NCBI GenBank assembly: GCA_001799675.1 | Contig: MGTX01000032.1 | Coordinates: 42,405-106,404 of the forward strand | DNA: 64,000 nucleotides | Direction of reading: 5' to 3' | Source: Elusimicrobia bacterium GWA2_66_18 | GTDB lineage: Bacteria > Elusimicrobiota > Elusimicrobia > UBA1565 > UBA9628 | Shown here: positions 1 to 9,825 of the stretch, one piece after another | How positions within the stretch are numbered: position 1 is the first letter of the stretch | How the letters are laid out: each line of letters begins with the position of its first letter | The notes under the pieces: generated by a model | Seen by the model: the letters and a program-made list of their open reading frames with translations, nothing else | What the model was told of the DNA's origin: nothing | Databases searched by the model: none | Position numbers and translations under genes: made by a program

Positions 1-2
1 CC

Positions 3-380
3 GGCCTCAACAACCATCGCTCCTATCGCGGGACCCAGAACCGCCCGCTCATGCGCGAGTTCATGAAGGTCCTCAAGACCAAGAATCTCTATTACCTGGA
101 CTCGAGAGTCTCACCCAAGACCGTGGCCTACGAGGAGGCTAAGGCCGCGCACATCCCCGCCGCGATGAACTTCATCTTCCTCGATACGGCTGAGATCCAC
201 ACCCGGGCCTTCTGCGCGAAGAATCTGGCCGACGTCGTGGCGCACGCGCGCAAGCATGGGGAGGCGGTGGCCATCGGCCACCACTACTTTCGGGGCACGC
301 TGGACTGCCTGAAGGAAGGGATGCCGCGCTACGCGAAAGAGGGCGTGGAGTTCGTCAAGGCGTCAGCGCTGGCGCGTTGA
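3..380 (+). CDS. Divergent polysaccharide deacetylase family protein, C-terminal part (5' end outside window)
   Basis: Frame open from position 3: GLNNH..., YYLDSR, IFLD, AVAIGH motifs typical of the YibQ/Polysacc_deac_2 family. Confidence 0.75.
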   Translation, partial: GLNNHRSYRGTQNRPLMREFMKVLKTKNLYYLDSRVSPKTVAYEEAKAAHIPAAMNFIFLDTAEIHTRAFCAKNLADVVAHARKHGEAVAIGHHYFRGTLDCLKEGMPRYAKEGVEFVKASALAR

Positions 381-989
381 CCGGCGCAGGACGGTTTCCC
401 ACGAGCGCGGGGGCGCGCCGGGGACCGAAGACCAGACGGTGACGCGCAGGGCATCCTCGCCTTCGAACGCCCAGCGCGCGCGGTGTGACGCGCCGTTGGC
501 GAAGACGACTTCGAACATATGCCGGCCCGACGCCGCGGCGTCGGGCGCGGTCGTGAAGAGGGCCTCGCCTTTGAGTGCCGCCGCCGGCAGGCTGTCCGTG
601 GACAGCGCGGCGCCGTAGCGGCCCTTGCCCTTGGCGGGAGTAAGCTTCAGGCGGTGCCCGAGGTGTTCGCGGAACTGAAGTTCCTTGAGGGCGAGGGTTC
701 CGTGCGCGCGTCCCAGCCAGCCGACCTCGAGCGTGGCGAGGATCTGGTAGCGGCCGAAGCCCTGGACGGCGGAACCTTCCCAGGTCCCCGACAAGGCCTT
801 AAGGTCCGGCTTCTGCGCAACTGAGGGTTCCACGGGCAGCGAAGCGGCGACGGCGGCCGCCGTCGAACATTCGATCGGCACGAAGAGGTCTCCCGTCATC
901 CGCGGCGGCCGGCCGCCGGCGCAGGACGGCCCGGCGGCGCGCGCGGCGGGGCAGAGGAACGCGACGACGAGAAGAGTTCCGATCTTCAT
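363..989 (-). CDS. Hypothetical exported protein
   Basis: Signal peptide MKIGTLLVVAFLCPAARA at 989; ATGA overlap with the stop of the upstream gene. Confidence 0.65.
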   Translation of the reverse strand: MKIGTLLVVAFLCPAARAAGPSCAGGRPPRMTGDLFVPIECSTAAAVAASLPVEPSVAQKPDLKALSGTWEGSAVQGFGRYQILATLEVGWLGRAHGTLALKELQFREHLGHRLKLTPAKGKGRYGAALSTDSLPAAALKGEALFTTAPDAAASGRHMFEVVFANGASHRARWAFEGEDALRVTVWSSVPGAPPRSWETVLRRSTRQR

Positions 990-1516
990 TGTCGTTCCCC
1001 GGGGTCGGAGGTCGGCGGGGAACCAAATATTGGGGTCACCGGATAGCATTGACCGTATTGCCAGGAGAACCCTGTCGGACATCGTGATGATCCCTCAGCG
1101 GACGAGGCTTGACTTGCAGGGGCTATCATCACGTCTTCATTGGTATTGAGGTAGTGGTCGAAGCAGTGCCGTATTTCATCAGGATTCGGAATGCATTTTT
1201 TAATGCCGCAGCTTGCTGAAATAAGTATCCGGTACTCACCGTTGCCTAGAGGCAATTTCGCGGCGGAAAAGGCGTAGGAATCGCCGGTCGTTCCGTAAGT
1301 GTGGATGATCGCATCCGTGACAAGTTGAATCTTCTGGCGCGAATGGTTGGCAATCCAGATTTGAGCCAGAGCCCACTTATCTAGACACGTCTTCCAATCG
1401 CATGTCGGCGTCGGCTCATAGGCGATGCGATCGAGCGCCGCGCGGAGTTCGGGCGAGACTGGAAGCGCGGCGCAGCCGACCAACAGGACTGAGGCGAGCA
1501 GGCACAGATGCTTCAC
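986..1516 (-). CDS. Hypothetical lipoprotein, Cys-containing, lower GC
   Basis: GTG start at 1516 with GGAGAA RBS; lipobox LLVGC; lies just downstream of the tRNA-Leu 3' end. Confidence 0.65.
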   Translation of the reverse strand: MKHLCLLASVLLVGCAALPVSPELRAALDRIAYEPTPTCDWKTCLDKWALAQIWIANHSRQKIQLVTDAIIHTYGTTGDSYAFSAAKLPLGNGEYRILISASCGIKKCIPNPDEIRHCFDHYLNTNEDVMIAPASQASSAEGSSRCPTGFSWQYGQCYPVTPIFGSPPTSDPGERQ

Positions 1517-1569
1517 GGCGTTCTCCGCGGTTGCATCGGATATCCTTGGGTTGTTCCGTCGATAAACCT

Positions 1570-1653
1570 TGCCGGCGGTGGGAGTCGAACCCACACGAGG
1601 TTACCCCCGAGCGATTTTGAGTCGCTTGCGTCTGCCAGTTCCGCCACGCCGGC
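1570..1653 (-). tRNA. tRNA-Leu (CAA)
   Basis: GCCGGCG/CGCCGGC acceptor stem, GGCAGAC D-loop, anticodon loop CT-CAA-AA, long variable arm, GTTCGACTC T-loop; CCA not encoded. Confidence 0.95.
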
Positions 1654-1799
1654 TCTATTGATTTTCCGAGGTCCGTTCGTATCGAGTTCGGCGTCAAACC
1701 GAGTCCGAACCCATCCGTGCAGCGAAGCGCATTCTAGCAGATTTGCTCTTTCGTATCTTGATCTGCAGATACTGTCTCGAACTGATAGAATAATCAATC

Positions 1800-2381
1800 A
1801 TGATCATTTTACTGATGGGTTCGGTCTGCTTGACCCCTGTTTCTCCTTGGGCGGTCCAAGTTTCTGCCGTGCGCCAGGCTCCAGCGCGCCCGGCCGCGCC
1901 GCCTGCGTTCTCCCTGGGCGTGATGGCGCCAGCAGGGATTGCTCCCCTTGCCGCCCTGTCGGCTCCAGGGGCTGCCGCAGTCATCGCTGTTTCCGCGGGC
2001 CCGCAAGAGGCCGCGACTGCCGCGGCGTCTCTACGGGAGCTGGTTGCGGGGCAGGAGGTGCGGACCTCGGATCAGGGTGACGTCGCAAGCGCGTCGGCCG
2101 CGATCGAGCGCGTTTTCGATGGACGCCGCAGCCGGGATGTTTCGGCAAAGGCTGAGGATACTCTTGTGACCTTATTGGGATTTCAAGTGGATCACGGCTG
2201 GACAGCTTCTTACGTGATTGATCGTGGGGGCTTCCTTGTCTTGGTGGCGCTGGTGCGGGGCAAAGAGAAGACCTTTGTCCGCCTCGATCTCGACAAGATG
2301 CATTTCATCGACCCTCTCCGGGATGGAGCGTCTTTGTCCAAGCGATACGCCGTCAAGATCGCGGGAATGATCTCCCCGTAG
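1800..2381 (+). CDS. Hypothetical exported protein
   Basis: Hydrophobic N-terminus then Ala/Pro-rich linker; TAGAAT 8 nt upstream of ATG. Confidence 0.55.
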   Translation: MIILLMGSVCLTPVSPWAVQVSAVRQAPARPAAPPAFSLGVMAPAGIAPLAALSAPGAAAVIAVSAGPQEAATAAASLRELVAGQEVRTSDQGDVASASAAIERVFDGRRSRDVSAKAEDTLVTLLGFQVDHGWTASYVIDRGGFLVLVALVRGKEKTFVRLDLDKMHFIDPLRDGASLSKRYAVKIAGMISP

Positions 2382-3972
2382 CTCTGCGCCCGAGCCAGTC
2401 CCAGCCCGCGCCGAGCAGGCCGCCGCCGAGCGCGCCGAGCAGGACCGCCAGGGCGACGACCCCGGCGCGGAAGCGCTTCACGTCGAAACCTTTCTTGAAG
2501 TTCTTGGTGTAGATCTCCTTGGTGATGGAGAGGACTTCCTTGGAGAGCTTCTTCGCGTTTCCGGGTTTATGATCGAGCTGGACCGCGATGAGCTCCTGGA
2601 TCTTCGCCTTCAGCACCGGGGTCATCGCGCGCGTGTACTCCACGCCCTCCAGCACCTCGAAGACGGAGCGTTCCAAGTCGCGGCCGTGGGAGAGGGCGCG
2701 CTCGACGGTCTGATACTCGCGCGGTCCGGAGTCCGAGTGGGAGGTGGTGGTGTAGCGCTCATCGTGCGCGCCGCTCTTCTCGGCGCGCCACTGGTCCGCA
2801 TCGAGGGCCAGCTCGCCCAGACGGGCGTGGATGACGGGCAGGTTCGTCATCAAGGTGGAGCCGTACTTCCAGACGCTGGCGTATCCCATCGCTTCTTGCG
2901 GGGAGAGGGCTTGGCGCAGGCCCCGGCTCTTCTCGGCCGCGTACTCACCGTCGGCGTTGGTCTGCTTGGCGATGCGCATGTCCTCGGTGAAGGAGGCCGC
3001 GCGACCCTTCCGGGTCAGGGCGTCGAGGCTCGACGAGGACGCCTCGCCGTGGGCGCGGTCGTACGAATAGCGGTGGATGGTGTAGTCGTAGACCTGCGTG
3101 GAGTAGGTCTCCTTGTGGCTCCGGCCGTTGCCATCGTCGACCGTTCGGGTGTGCCACTCCGTGTGCGTGACGTCGTGGTGGCTCTCGTCCCAGGTGCGGG
3201 AGAGCTGGGCGTCGGCATCGGCCGCCTGGAGGCGGACCTGCTCGTAGGGCTCGAGCAGGCGGCGCGCGGCGTCGGCCTCGTCCGGGAGGGACTTGAAGTA
3301 GTGCGGCAGTTCGTAGTGATGGATGCGCAGCTTCTGGCCGGCGTTGTAATCCAGCTCGGAGGCGAAGTTCGGCACGGGGCTGCCGACCAGGGTGCGCTCG
3401 TTGGCCTTGTTCCAGGCGTTGAAGACGTTCATGGTCATGTCGTTGGTTCCGGCCAGGTAGCGCGCCATGGGACCGATCTGACGGCCCTCGGATTCGGCGT
3501 CGCGCTCCATCTGGTGGATCTCGGAGAAGCCGACCGGGATGGACGCCTCGCGGGCCGCTTCGTGGTTCCAACCCAGACCGAGGCCGACCATCAGGCCGAA
3601 GGTCCCGAGGATGGCCACCTCCGCCGGAGTGTCGCGCAGGACCTGCTTGGTCTTGGCCCAGGCGGCGCGCGTCTTCCGTTTCCAGCCGGGTTCGTCCGGC
3701 TCTCCGCCAGGCTCCCCGCCCGACGGGGACGCGGCGAGGCTGAAAGAGGGGAGGATGGGCGTCGAGGGGACGGCCATGACGGAGACCGGAAGAGCGGCGA
3801 GCGTCGCGACGCTGGGGGTCAGGGCGGCGGGGGCGCTCGGGATCACGGCCGGCAGAGACGGCACGGTCGCAACGGATATCGGGGCGCGGAAGGCCTGGGC
3901 GGCGGCGTCCGCGGCGAAGGGTCCGGGGGCGACGAGAGCCAGGGCGAGGGCCCAGCTCAGGATGTTCTTCAT
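2353..3972 (-). CDS. Hypothetical secreted/membrane protein (539 aa)
   Basis: Signal peptide, Pro/Ala/Ser linker, internal TM segment and C-terminal Gly-rich TM; host-like codon usage. Confidence 0.8.
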   Translation of the reverse strand: MKNILSWALALALVAPGPFAADAAAQAFRAPISVATVPSLPAVIPSAPAALTPSVATLAALPVSVMAVPSTPILPSFSLAASPSGGEPGGEPDEPGWKRKTRAAWAKTKQVLRDTPAEVAILGTFGLMVGLGLGWNHEAAREASIPVGFSEIHQMERDAESEGRQIGPMARYLAGTNDMTMNVFNAWNKANERTLVGSPVPNFASELDYNAGQKLRIHHYELPHYFKSLPDEADAARRLLEPYEQVRLQAADADAQLSRTWDESHHDVTHTEWHTRTVDDGNGRSHKETYSTQVYDYTIHRYSYDRAHGEASSSSLDALTRKGRAASFTEDMRIAKQTNADGEYAAEKSRGLRQALSPQEAMGYASVWKYGSTLMTNLPVIHARLGELALDADQWRAEKSGAHDERYTTTSHSDSGPREYQTVERALSHGRDLERSVFEVLEGVEYTRAMTPVLKAKIQELIAVQLDHKPGNAKKLSKEVLSITKEIYTKNFKKGFDVKRFRAGVVALAVLLGALGGGLLGAGWDWLGRRATGRSFPRS

Positions 3973-4034
3973 TGTCTTCAGGATAGACGAAGCGCGCGGC
4001 GGCCGGAAGGGTGTCCGATGGTCCCGGGCCGATC

Positions 4035-4067
4035 CCCAAGGGCCTAGGGGAGGACCTAGGCCTTGGG
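4035..4067. repeat. Intergenic inverted repeat (hairpin or operator)
   Basis: CCCAAGGGCCTAGG-GGAGGA-CCTAGGCCTTGGG, 13-bp stem with one bulge; no U tract. Confidence 0.5.
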
Positions 4068-4094
4068 AAGGTGGTAGGCGAGATCAGTCGAGGC

Positions 4095-4775
4095 TTAATG
4101 CAGGAGCTGCGGATAGAAGCGGCGGATGATCTTGTCGAGCATGCCGCGCTTATGAGCGGTCAAAGTCGTGGCCAGGCTGCGATAGTAGCGCACGAGGGCC
4201 TCATCCTCGGCATCGACGCGCCCGTTGGAGAGAAGCTCGCGCGCCGCGGGGGCAAGGCGCTCGGGGACGACGATCGGCACCATGACGCCCAAGGTGGGAG
4301 ACCCCGTCTCGACGACCTCCCCCGAAAGCCAGCCGAGCCGCAGCGCGATGAGCGTGGCCTTGGCCTGGACCTCGTGGGCGCGAATCTCGCCGTCGAAAGT
4401 CTCGGTCGCGAGCAGGCCTTTTTCGTGCTCATGCATGTGCTGGAACTCGTGGGCCGCGGCGGGGACCGCGTGCTCGGCCGGAATCGTCGCGAGCAGGGAT
4501 GCGAGCGTCACGCGGCGGGCGTCGAAGTCGTAATGGCCGGACCCGTCCGTCGGGGCGTAGCGAACAACGCCTAGACGAAAGGCGTACGGCTCCAGGTGCT
4601 CCAGCTGGACCGAAGGCGACTGGAGCGTCAGGGCCAGTCGCCCCAAGATGACCTGCACCGGAAGCGGCGCCGGGACGCCGACGATGGATCCCGGGATAGT
4701 CCCGGAGACGACGCCGCGCGCCGCGCAGGCCGGAAGCGCGGCGGCCCAAAGCAGAAGGCAGAGCAATATTCTCAT
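4095..4775 (-). CDS. Secreted HExxH zincin-like protein
   Basis: Signal peptide MRILLCLLLWAAALPACA; AHEFQH motif followed by GEIRA (possible third ligand Glu). Confidence 0.65.
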   Translation of the reverse strand: MRILLCLLLWAAALPACAARGVVSGTIPGSIVGVPAPLPVQVILGRLALTLQSPSVQLEHLEPYAFRLGVVRYAPTDGSGHYDFDARRVTLASLLATIPAEHAVPAAAHEFQHMHEHEKGLLATETFDGEIRAHEVQAKATLIALRLGWLSGEVVETGSPTLGVMVPIVVPERLAPAARELLSNGRVDAEDEALVRYYRSLATTLTAHKRGMLDKIIRRFYPQLLH

Positions 4776-4845
4776 TAGGGAAAGGGTAGTACCGGAACCT
4801 CGTCTGGGGCTGGGCCTTATGGCCCCTGGGAAGGCCGCAAAAGCC

Positions 4846-6909
4846 CTACCTGAGGAGCTTTTGGATGAAGGCGTCTTCGTTGGGCTCCCGGCCCAGGTAG
4901 GCGCGCATGGAGTCGATCTCCGGGCGCGAGGAGCCCTTCTCCAGCACCTCGCGGCGCCAGAGCATGCCCACGACGGAGTTGAGCACGCCCTCCTTGGCAA
5001 AGCGCGTGAAGGCGTCGTCGGCTAACACCTCCGACCACAGATAGCCGTAGTAGCCGGCGCTGTAGCCGGCCATCAGGTGGCCGAAAGAGGCCTCGCGTTT
5101 GACTCCGTCGGGGGAGGGGATCAGGCCGACCAACTCCATGAACTGGCCAAAAAGCATCGACGTCTCCTTAGGCACGATCATGTGCAGCGTCATGTCGGCC
5201 ATGCCGAAGGCGATCTGGCGGAGGTAGAGCAGGCCCCTGTTGAAGGAACGCGCGGCCAGCATCTTCTCGAAAAGTTCGGGGGGCAGCTTGCGGCTTGCGT
5301 CCTCGTAATGACCGGATATCTCGTCTAGCACCTCGCGCTGCCAAGCGAAGTTCTCGAGCATCTGCGAGGGCGTCTCGACGAAGTCGCGCGCCACCGACGT
5401 GCCCGAGAACGAGGCGTACTTGGCCTTCGTGAGTATCTGGTGCAGGCCGTGGCCGAACTCGTGCATATAGGTGACGGCATCCTCGTGGCGCATGAGGGCC
5501 GGCTTGCCGGGCACGGCCTCCGGGAAGTTGGCCATCATCAGCGCCACGGGCCTTTGGTACCGGCCGTTCTCAAGCTCGCGTCCCTTGATGAGGCCGGCCA
5601 CGGCGGCATGCGTGTACTTGCCCTCTCGCGGGTGGAGATCGAGGTAAAAATAGCCCAGCGTCCCGCCGCCGGCCGCGTCATCGACGCGCAGCAAGCGCAC
5701 GTCCGGATGGTGGGCGCCCTCGGCCGGGACCTCCGAGAACTTCACGCCGAAGAGCTTTTCATAGACGCGCATCGTCCCGCTGACGACCTTGTCGACGGGG
5801 AAATACTTCGCCACTTCCTCTTCATCGAAAGCAAACTTCGCCTTGCGCAGCTTCTCGCCGTAATACGACGTTTCCCAAGCTTCCAGGCGCTTTGCCGTCG
5901 GGTCGTCCTGGAGCTTGACCTCCAGCATAGCCTTGAGCTCGGCTTGGCCGCGGTCGCGCACCATCGCGTAGAGGCGCTTGAGGAAGTCCATCACCTGCCC
6001 GGGGCTCTTGGCCATGCGATTTTCGAGCTGCATCGCGGGAAAAGAGGGGTATCCCAGGAGTATCGCCGACTCGTCGCGCAGCCGCAGCGCCTCCACCATC
6101 AGCGGCGGGTTTTTCTTCGCGGCGCGGTTATTGAACTTGGTCCAGAGCTGGCGGCGCATCTCGGCGCTGTGAGCGCCGTCCATGAAGGGGATGTAATGCG
6201 GGTAAGCCAGCGTGACGCGGTGCTTGCCCTCGGGCGTGCGCTTCAGGGAGGCGATATAGTCCTCCGACATGCCCTTGAGATCCTCGATCGGCATGTCGAT
6301 AAAGCCCTGATCGTCGGCGATGTTGGCCTCGAACTGGGTCGAGAGGACCGTCAGGCGCTGGCGTATCTGCGACAGCTTGGCTCGGTCCGCCTCCGAAAGA
6401 GCGTGGCCGCTGCTCTTGAAGCCGCGCTCCGTCTCTTCGAGCAGCCGCGCATCCTCGCCGGTCAGCGTCTCTTTTTTGTCGGCGTACTGCTTGAAAGCCC
6501 GGTATATTTCGGGCCGCGCCCAAAGCGCCACTTGATACTGGCCCGCTTCCTCCTCGAGGCTGCGCGCGGCCTCGCGCACCAAGGGGTCCGCGGCCACATA
6601 ACCCAAGATCGACATCGGCTCCACTGCGTCGGAGAAGTCCGCGGAGGCCGACTCCATGGCTTTGACCGTGTTGGCGAAGGTCCGTTGGTCGGCCGGCAGG
6701 GCCACGACGAGCCGCAGCGCCGCCTCGAGCTGAGCCTTGGCCGACGTGTAGCGCTGGGTGATCTGCTGCGGCGTGAGTTGAAACGAGATGCCGGTCCCGA
6801 CGGCGCGCGGCAGAGCTGGGGGCGCTGCGGATGCGATGCTGCCCGCCGACGCCTGGAGGGGGGAGATGAATAACGATAAGCCGGCCAGCAGAGCGGACAA
6901 GGTTTTCAT
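4846..6909 (-). CDS. M3A metallopeptidase (thimet oligopeptidase/Dcp-like) with signal peptide
   Basis: YLDLHPREGKYTHAA, HEFGHGLH, DFVETPSQMLEN, FGHLMAGYSAGYYGYLWS motifs. Confidence 0.95.
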   Translation of the reverse strand: MKTLSALLAGLSLFISPLQASAGSIASAAPPALPRAVGTGISFQLTPQQITQRYTSAKAQLEAALRLVVALPADQRTFANTVKAMESASADFSDAVEPMSILGYVAADPLVREAARSLEEEAGQYQVALWARPEIYRAFKQYADKKETLTGEDARLLEETERGFKSSGHALSEADRAKLSQIRQRLTVLSTQFEANIADDQGFIDMPIEDLKGMSEDYIASLKRTPEGKHRVTLAYPHYIPFMDGAHSAEMRRQLWTKFNNRAAKKNPPLMVEALRLRDESAILLGYPSFPAMQLENRMAKSPGQVMDFLKRLYAMVRDRGQAELKAMLEVKLQDDPTAKRLEAWETSYYGEKLRKAKFAFDEEEVAKYFPVDKVVSGTMRVYEKLFGVKFSEVPAEGAHHPDVRLLRVDDAAGGGTLGYFYLDLHPREGKYTHAAVAGLIKGRELENGRYQRPVALMMANFPEAVPGKPALMRHEDAVTYMHEFGHGLHQILTKAKYASFSGTSVARDFVETPSQMLENFAWQREVLDEISGHYEDASRKLPPELFEKMLAARSFNRGLLYLRQIAFGMADMTLHMIVPKETSMLFGQFMELVGLIPSPDGVKREASFGHLMAGYSAGYYGYLWSEVLADDAFTRFAKEGVLNSVVGMLWRREVLEKGSSRPEIDSMRAYLGREPNEDAFIQKLLR

Positions 6910-6990
6910 GCGGCGATTTTATCGCAATCCAGGCGCGTACGATTGGATCGAAAGGCCTAATCCTGCGGCGATAAAAGACCTGGTATTAAG

Positions 6991-8142
6991 GTGCTAGACT
7001 TGCTCATCATCTTCACTCTTTGCGTCGCGAGCTGGTTGGGCACGGCGGGGCTGTGGGCCTGCCTGCGCTCGACGCTGCGCCGCTTCCGCGGCGGCCCCGC
7101 GCAGCCCTGCGACCTGGCCATGACCCTCATCAAGCCGGTGCGCGGCCTCGACGACATGCTGGAGGAGGGATTGCTCTCCATCGTGGAGTCCGACCCGCTC
7201 AAGACCCTCCAGGTCCTCATCGCCCTTGAGACCGCCGACGATCCCGCCTATCCTCTGGCGCGGGCCTTCCGCGAGGCGCACCCCGACCGCGACATCTCCG
7301 TGGTCCTCACCGGCCCCGCCGGCGCGCGCATGGGCAAGGCCCACAACATGATCGAGGCCCTGCCCCGGGCCCGGAGCCGCTTCATCCTCTTCTGCGACGC
7401 GGACACCCGCCTGACGCGGGGCCTGCTGTCCGACGCGGCGCGCGCTTTCCGCGCGGGGGTCGACGCGGTGTACGCCATGCCCTACCACGCGAAGTCCTCG
7501 GGAGTGGGCGGCTGGTGGTTCATGATCGCCTTCAACCACTGCTTCTGCGTTCCGGCGGCGCTGAGCGCCGACTGGGGTCAATTACGGTCCTTCGCCGGAG
7601 CCTTCATGGGCTACACCCGCGAGGCCTTGGAGAAGATCGGGGGACTCGAGCGCTTCTCGAACGTCATCGCCGAGGACCTGTGCTTGGGCCTGGCCGCGCG
7701 GCGAGCGGGCCTGCGCCAGGAACTATTGAGCGAGCCGGTCCTCGTGCGCGAGACGGGAACATCCCCGGCGGAGGCCTTCGCCCACATCCTCAAGTGGTCG
7801 ACCATCGTGCTCTGGAGCTGCCCGACGGCGTGGCTTCTGGCGCCCTTGTTCAACCCCGTGCTTCAGGCCGCCGCGGCGCTGGCGCTGGCCGCCGCCTCTG
7901 GGCGAAGCCTCGTCCTTCCGGGGGCCGCGCTGGCGGCGGCCCTGGGCTCGCGCGTCTCGATCGCCGTGATCCAGGACCGGGCGCTGGCGTCCTACCGTAT
8001 CCCGGTCGCGGCGTACTGGCGCATCCTTCTCGCCGACTTGGGAGGACTGATCTTCTGGCCGCTGAGCCTGAGACGGACCATCTCCTGGAGGGGCCGCCGC
8101 TACCTCCTCGGCCCCGGCGGGACCTGCGCGGTCCTGCCCTGA
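6991..8142 (+). CDS. GT2/GT21 glycosyltransferase, ceramide glucosyltransferase/HpnI-like
   Basis: IKPVRG, K..N, CDAD (DxD), IAEDL motifs; N- and C-terminal TM segments. Confidence 0.85.
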   Translation: MLDLLIIFTLCVASWLGTAGLWACLRSTLRRFRGGPAQPCDLAMTLIKPVRGLDDMLEEGLLSIVESDPLKTLQVLIALETADDPAYPLARAFREAHPDRDISVVLTGPAGARMGKAHNMIEALPRARSRFILFCDADTRLTRGLLSDAARAFRAGVDAVYAMPYHAKSSGVGGWWFMIAFNHCFCVPAALSADWGQLRSFAGAFMGYTREALEKIGGLERFSNVIAEDLCLGLAARRAGLRQELLSEPVLVRETGTSPAEAFAHILKWSTIVLWSCPTAWLLAPLFNPVLQAAAALALAAASGRSLVLPGAALAAALGSRVSIAVIQDRALASYRIPVAAYWRILLADLGGLIFWPLSLRRTISWRGRRYLLGPGGTCAVLP

Positions 8143-8181
8143 TATGGACGGATTGTCGGACAAAGTGATAGTCTTCCGGCG

Positions 8182-8649
8182 ATGCCGCGCCCCATCCTCG
8201 TCGTGGACGACGACCGCCGCTATCACGAGTTCCAGGTGCGCGTGAGCTATGCCGACACGGACAAGATGGGGATCATCTACTACGCCAATTATCTGAGGTA
8301 CTTCGAGCAGGGGCGCACGGAGCTTCTCCGCTCCCTGGGCGTGCGCTATCGCGACCTCGAGATCCAGCGCAAGCTCTTCCTGCCGGCCGTCGAGGCTCGC
8401 TGCCGGTACCTCGCTCCCAGCCGCTACGACGACCTGCTCACCGTGCGCACTTGGATCGCGGAACTGGGGCGCGCCAGCGTCGTCTTCGAGTGCGACGTGC
8501 TGGACAGGGAGTTGGGCGCCAAGGTCGTGGCGCGCGGCTATTCCCGCCACGCCCTGGTCGACGACCTCTGGCGCATCGCGCGCATGCCCGACGACCTGCG
8601 CGGTCTTATGGCCCCGTTCGTGGGCCGCGGCCCCTGCGCGCCGCAATAG
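8182..8649 (+). CDS. YbgC/FadM-family acyl-CoA thioesterase
   Basis: RVSYADTDKMGIIYYANYLRYFEQGRTE hotdog-fold motif. Confidence 0.92.
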   Translation: MPRPILVVDDDRRYHEFQVRVSYADTDKMGIIYYANYLRYFEQGRTELLRSLGVRYRDLEIQRKLFLPAVEARCRYLAPSRYDDLLTVRTWIAELGRASVVFECDVLDRELGAKVVARGYSRHALVDDLWRIARMPDDLRGLMAPFVGRGPCAPQ

Positions 8650-8754
8650 ACCTCGGCGGGTCGCGCGCGGCCCCGCGCCGTCAGGTGCCATGATTGAGCC
8701 GCCCGATGATGTTGATCGTGTGGAGCGACTGCCACTGCGCCTTCGAAAAGGCAT

Positions 8755-9798
8755 TCAAAATGGAGCAGGCAACGGCTTGGATTCGGCAATCCGCTTTTCC
8801 TTCTTCTGTATTCGAGCAATCATCTCGCGCTCGATGTCGCTCAAACTTGATTCAAACCCGTTTTGCGGTTCGTACCATTCTTTGCGGAGGAAGAATTGTC
8901 TTAACTCGGGATCCTTAAAGACTCTCCCATGGCGAGCAAAAACGGCATTCCGCTTGATCTTGAGCAGGGCTAGAGTTTGGGTATTCGAATCCATGTCGTC
9001 TGCGCTGGTGATGATATCGCAATAGGCTGAATTGCTGCTCAGGGCAAGGCAGGCATCTCGCCGGTGAAAGAAAACCGTCAGGCTCGCGGAGCTGAGTGGA
9101 TTGATGCCATTCAAGTCGAAAACAATCTGCCCACGACTGCGGTGACGCGGCGAGGACAAATCTTCCTTTTGTCCATCTTGTCGGCTATACACGACGCCGA
9201 GTCCGAGCCAATCTTCATCAAATCGAATATCGAACGATGCTTTTCCAATAGGGCCTTTCCATGATCCCCCAGTCCCATAGTCGTACGGGACCCACGATCC
9301 GCCATCGGAAGAGCGGCCGTATGGGGCTTCATATTCAACAACGGAGGTGGTGGTGCTGCGAGCGGGGAAATCGACGTATTTGACTTTAAAATAGTAGGAA
9401 GTACCAGTTTTCATGTCTTCTTCGAGGGGTGCAACGTATCCTTCGACGAAGTTTGGAATATTTTTTGTGGAGACAATCTGCCCATTAACCCAGGTTTTAA
9501 AGTACAGGAAGTCATCTGACGCCGACGCTTCTGGTCCCCATCCATCGGCCGGGAACCCTACGGCAACCGTTGTGGATGGTCCGGCATTGTAGAAATGGAA
9601 CTCCGCTTTCACTCGGTACTTGTCCGGCAGCATGGTGATAAGGACATATTCGTCCGACATCGAGATTGCAGGGTGCTCGGCCATAAGACGGGCAGATCCG
9701 CCCGCGATGTCCACCGCGCCGTCATCAGCAAAGCATTGTACGGGAAGAAGCCATGCGGCGATTCCTAGACCGAAGAGCAAAATGCGTTTATGGTTCAT
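8755..9798 (-). CDS. Exported DUF4424-like + YARHG domain protein (low GC)
   Basis: Signal peptide; ISMSDEYV, FHFYN, YDYGTGGSWKGPI; C-terminal RNAVFARHGRVFKDPEL..FF...WY. An alternative ATG exists at 9813. Confidence 0.85.
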   Translation of the reverse strand: MNHKRILLFGLGIAAWLLPVQCFADDGAVDIAGGSARLMAEHPAISMSDEYVLITMLPDKYRVKAEFHFYNAGPSTTVAVGFPADGWGPEASASDDFLYFKTWVNGQIVSTKNIPNFVEGYVAPLEEDMKTGTSYYFKVKYVDFPARSTTTSVVEYEAPYGRSSDGGSWVPYDYGTGGSWKGPIGKASFDIRFDEDWLGLGVVYSRQDGQKEDLSSPRHRSRGQIVFDLNGINPLSSASLTVFFHRRDACLALSSNSAYCDIITSADDMDSNTQTLALLKIKRNAVFARHGRVFKDPELRQFFLRKEWYEPQNGFESSLSDIEREMIARIQKKEKRIAESKPLPAPF

Positions 9799-9825
9799 AT
9801 TTAATGCAGCCATCTAACGGATATG

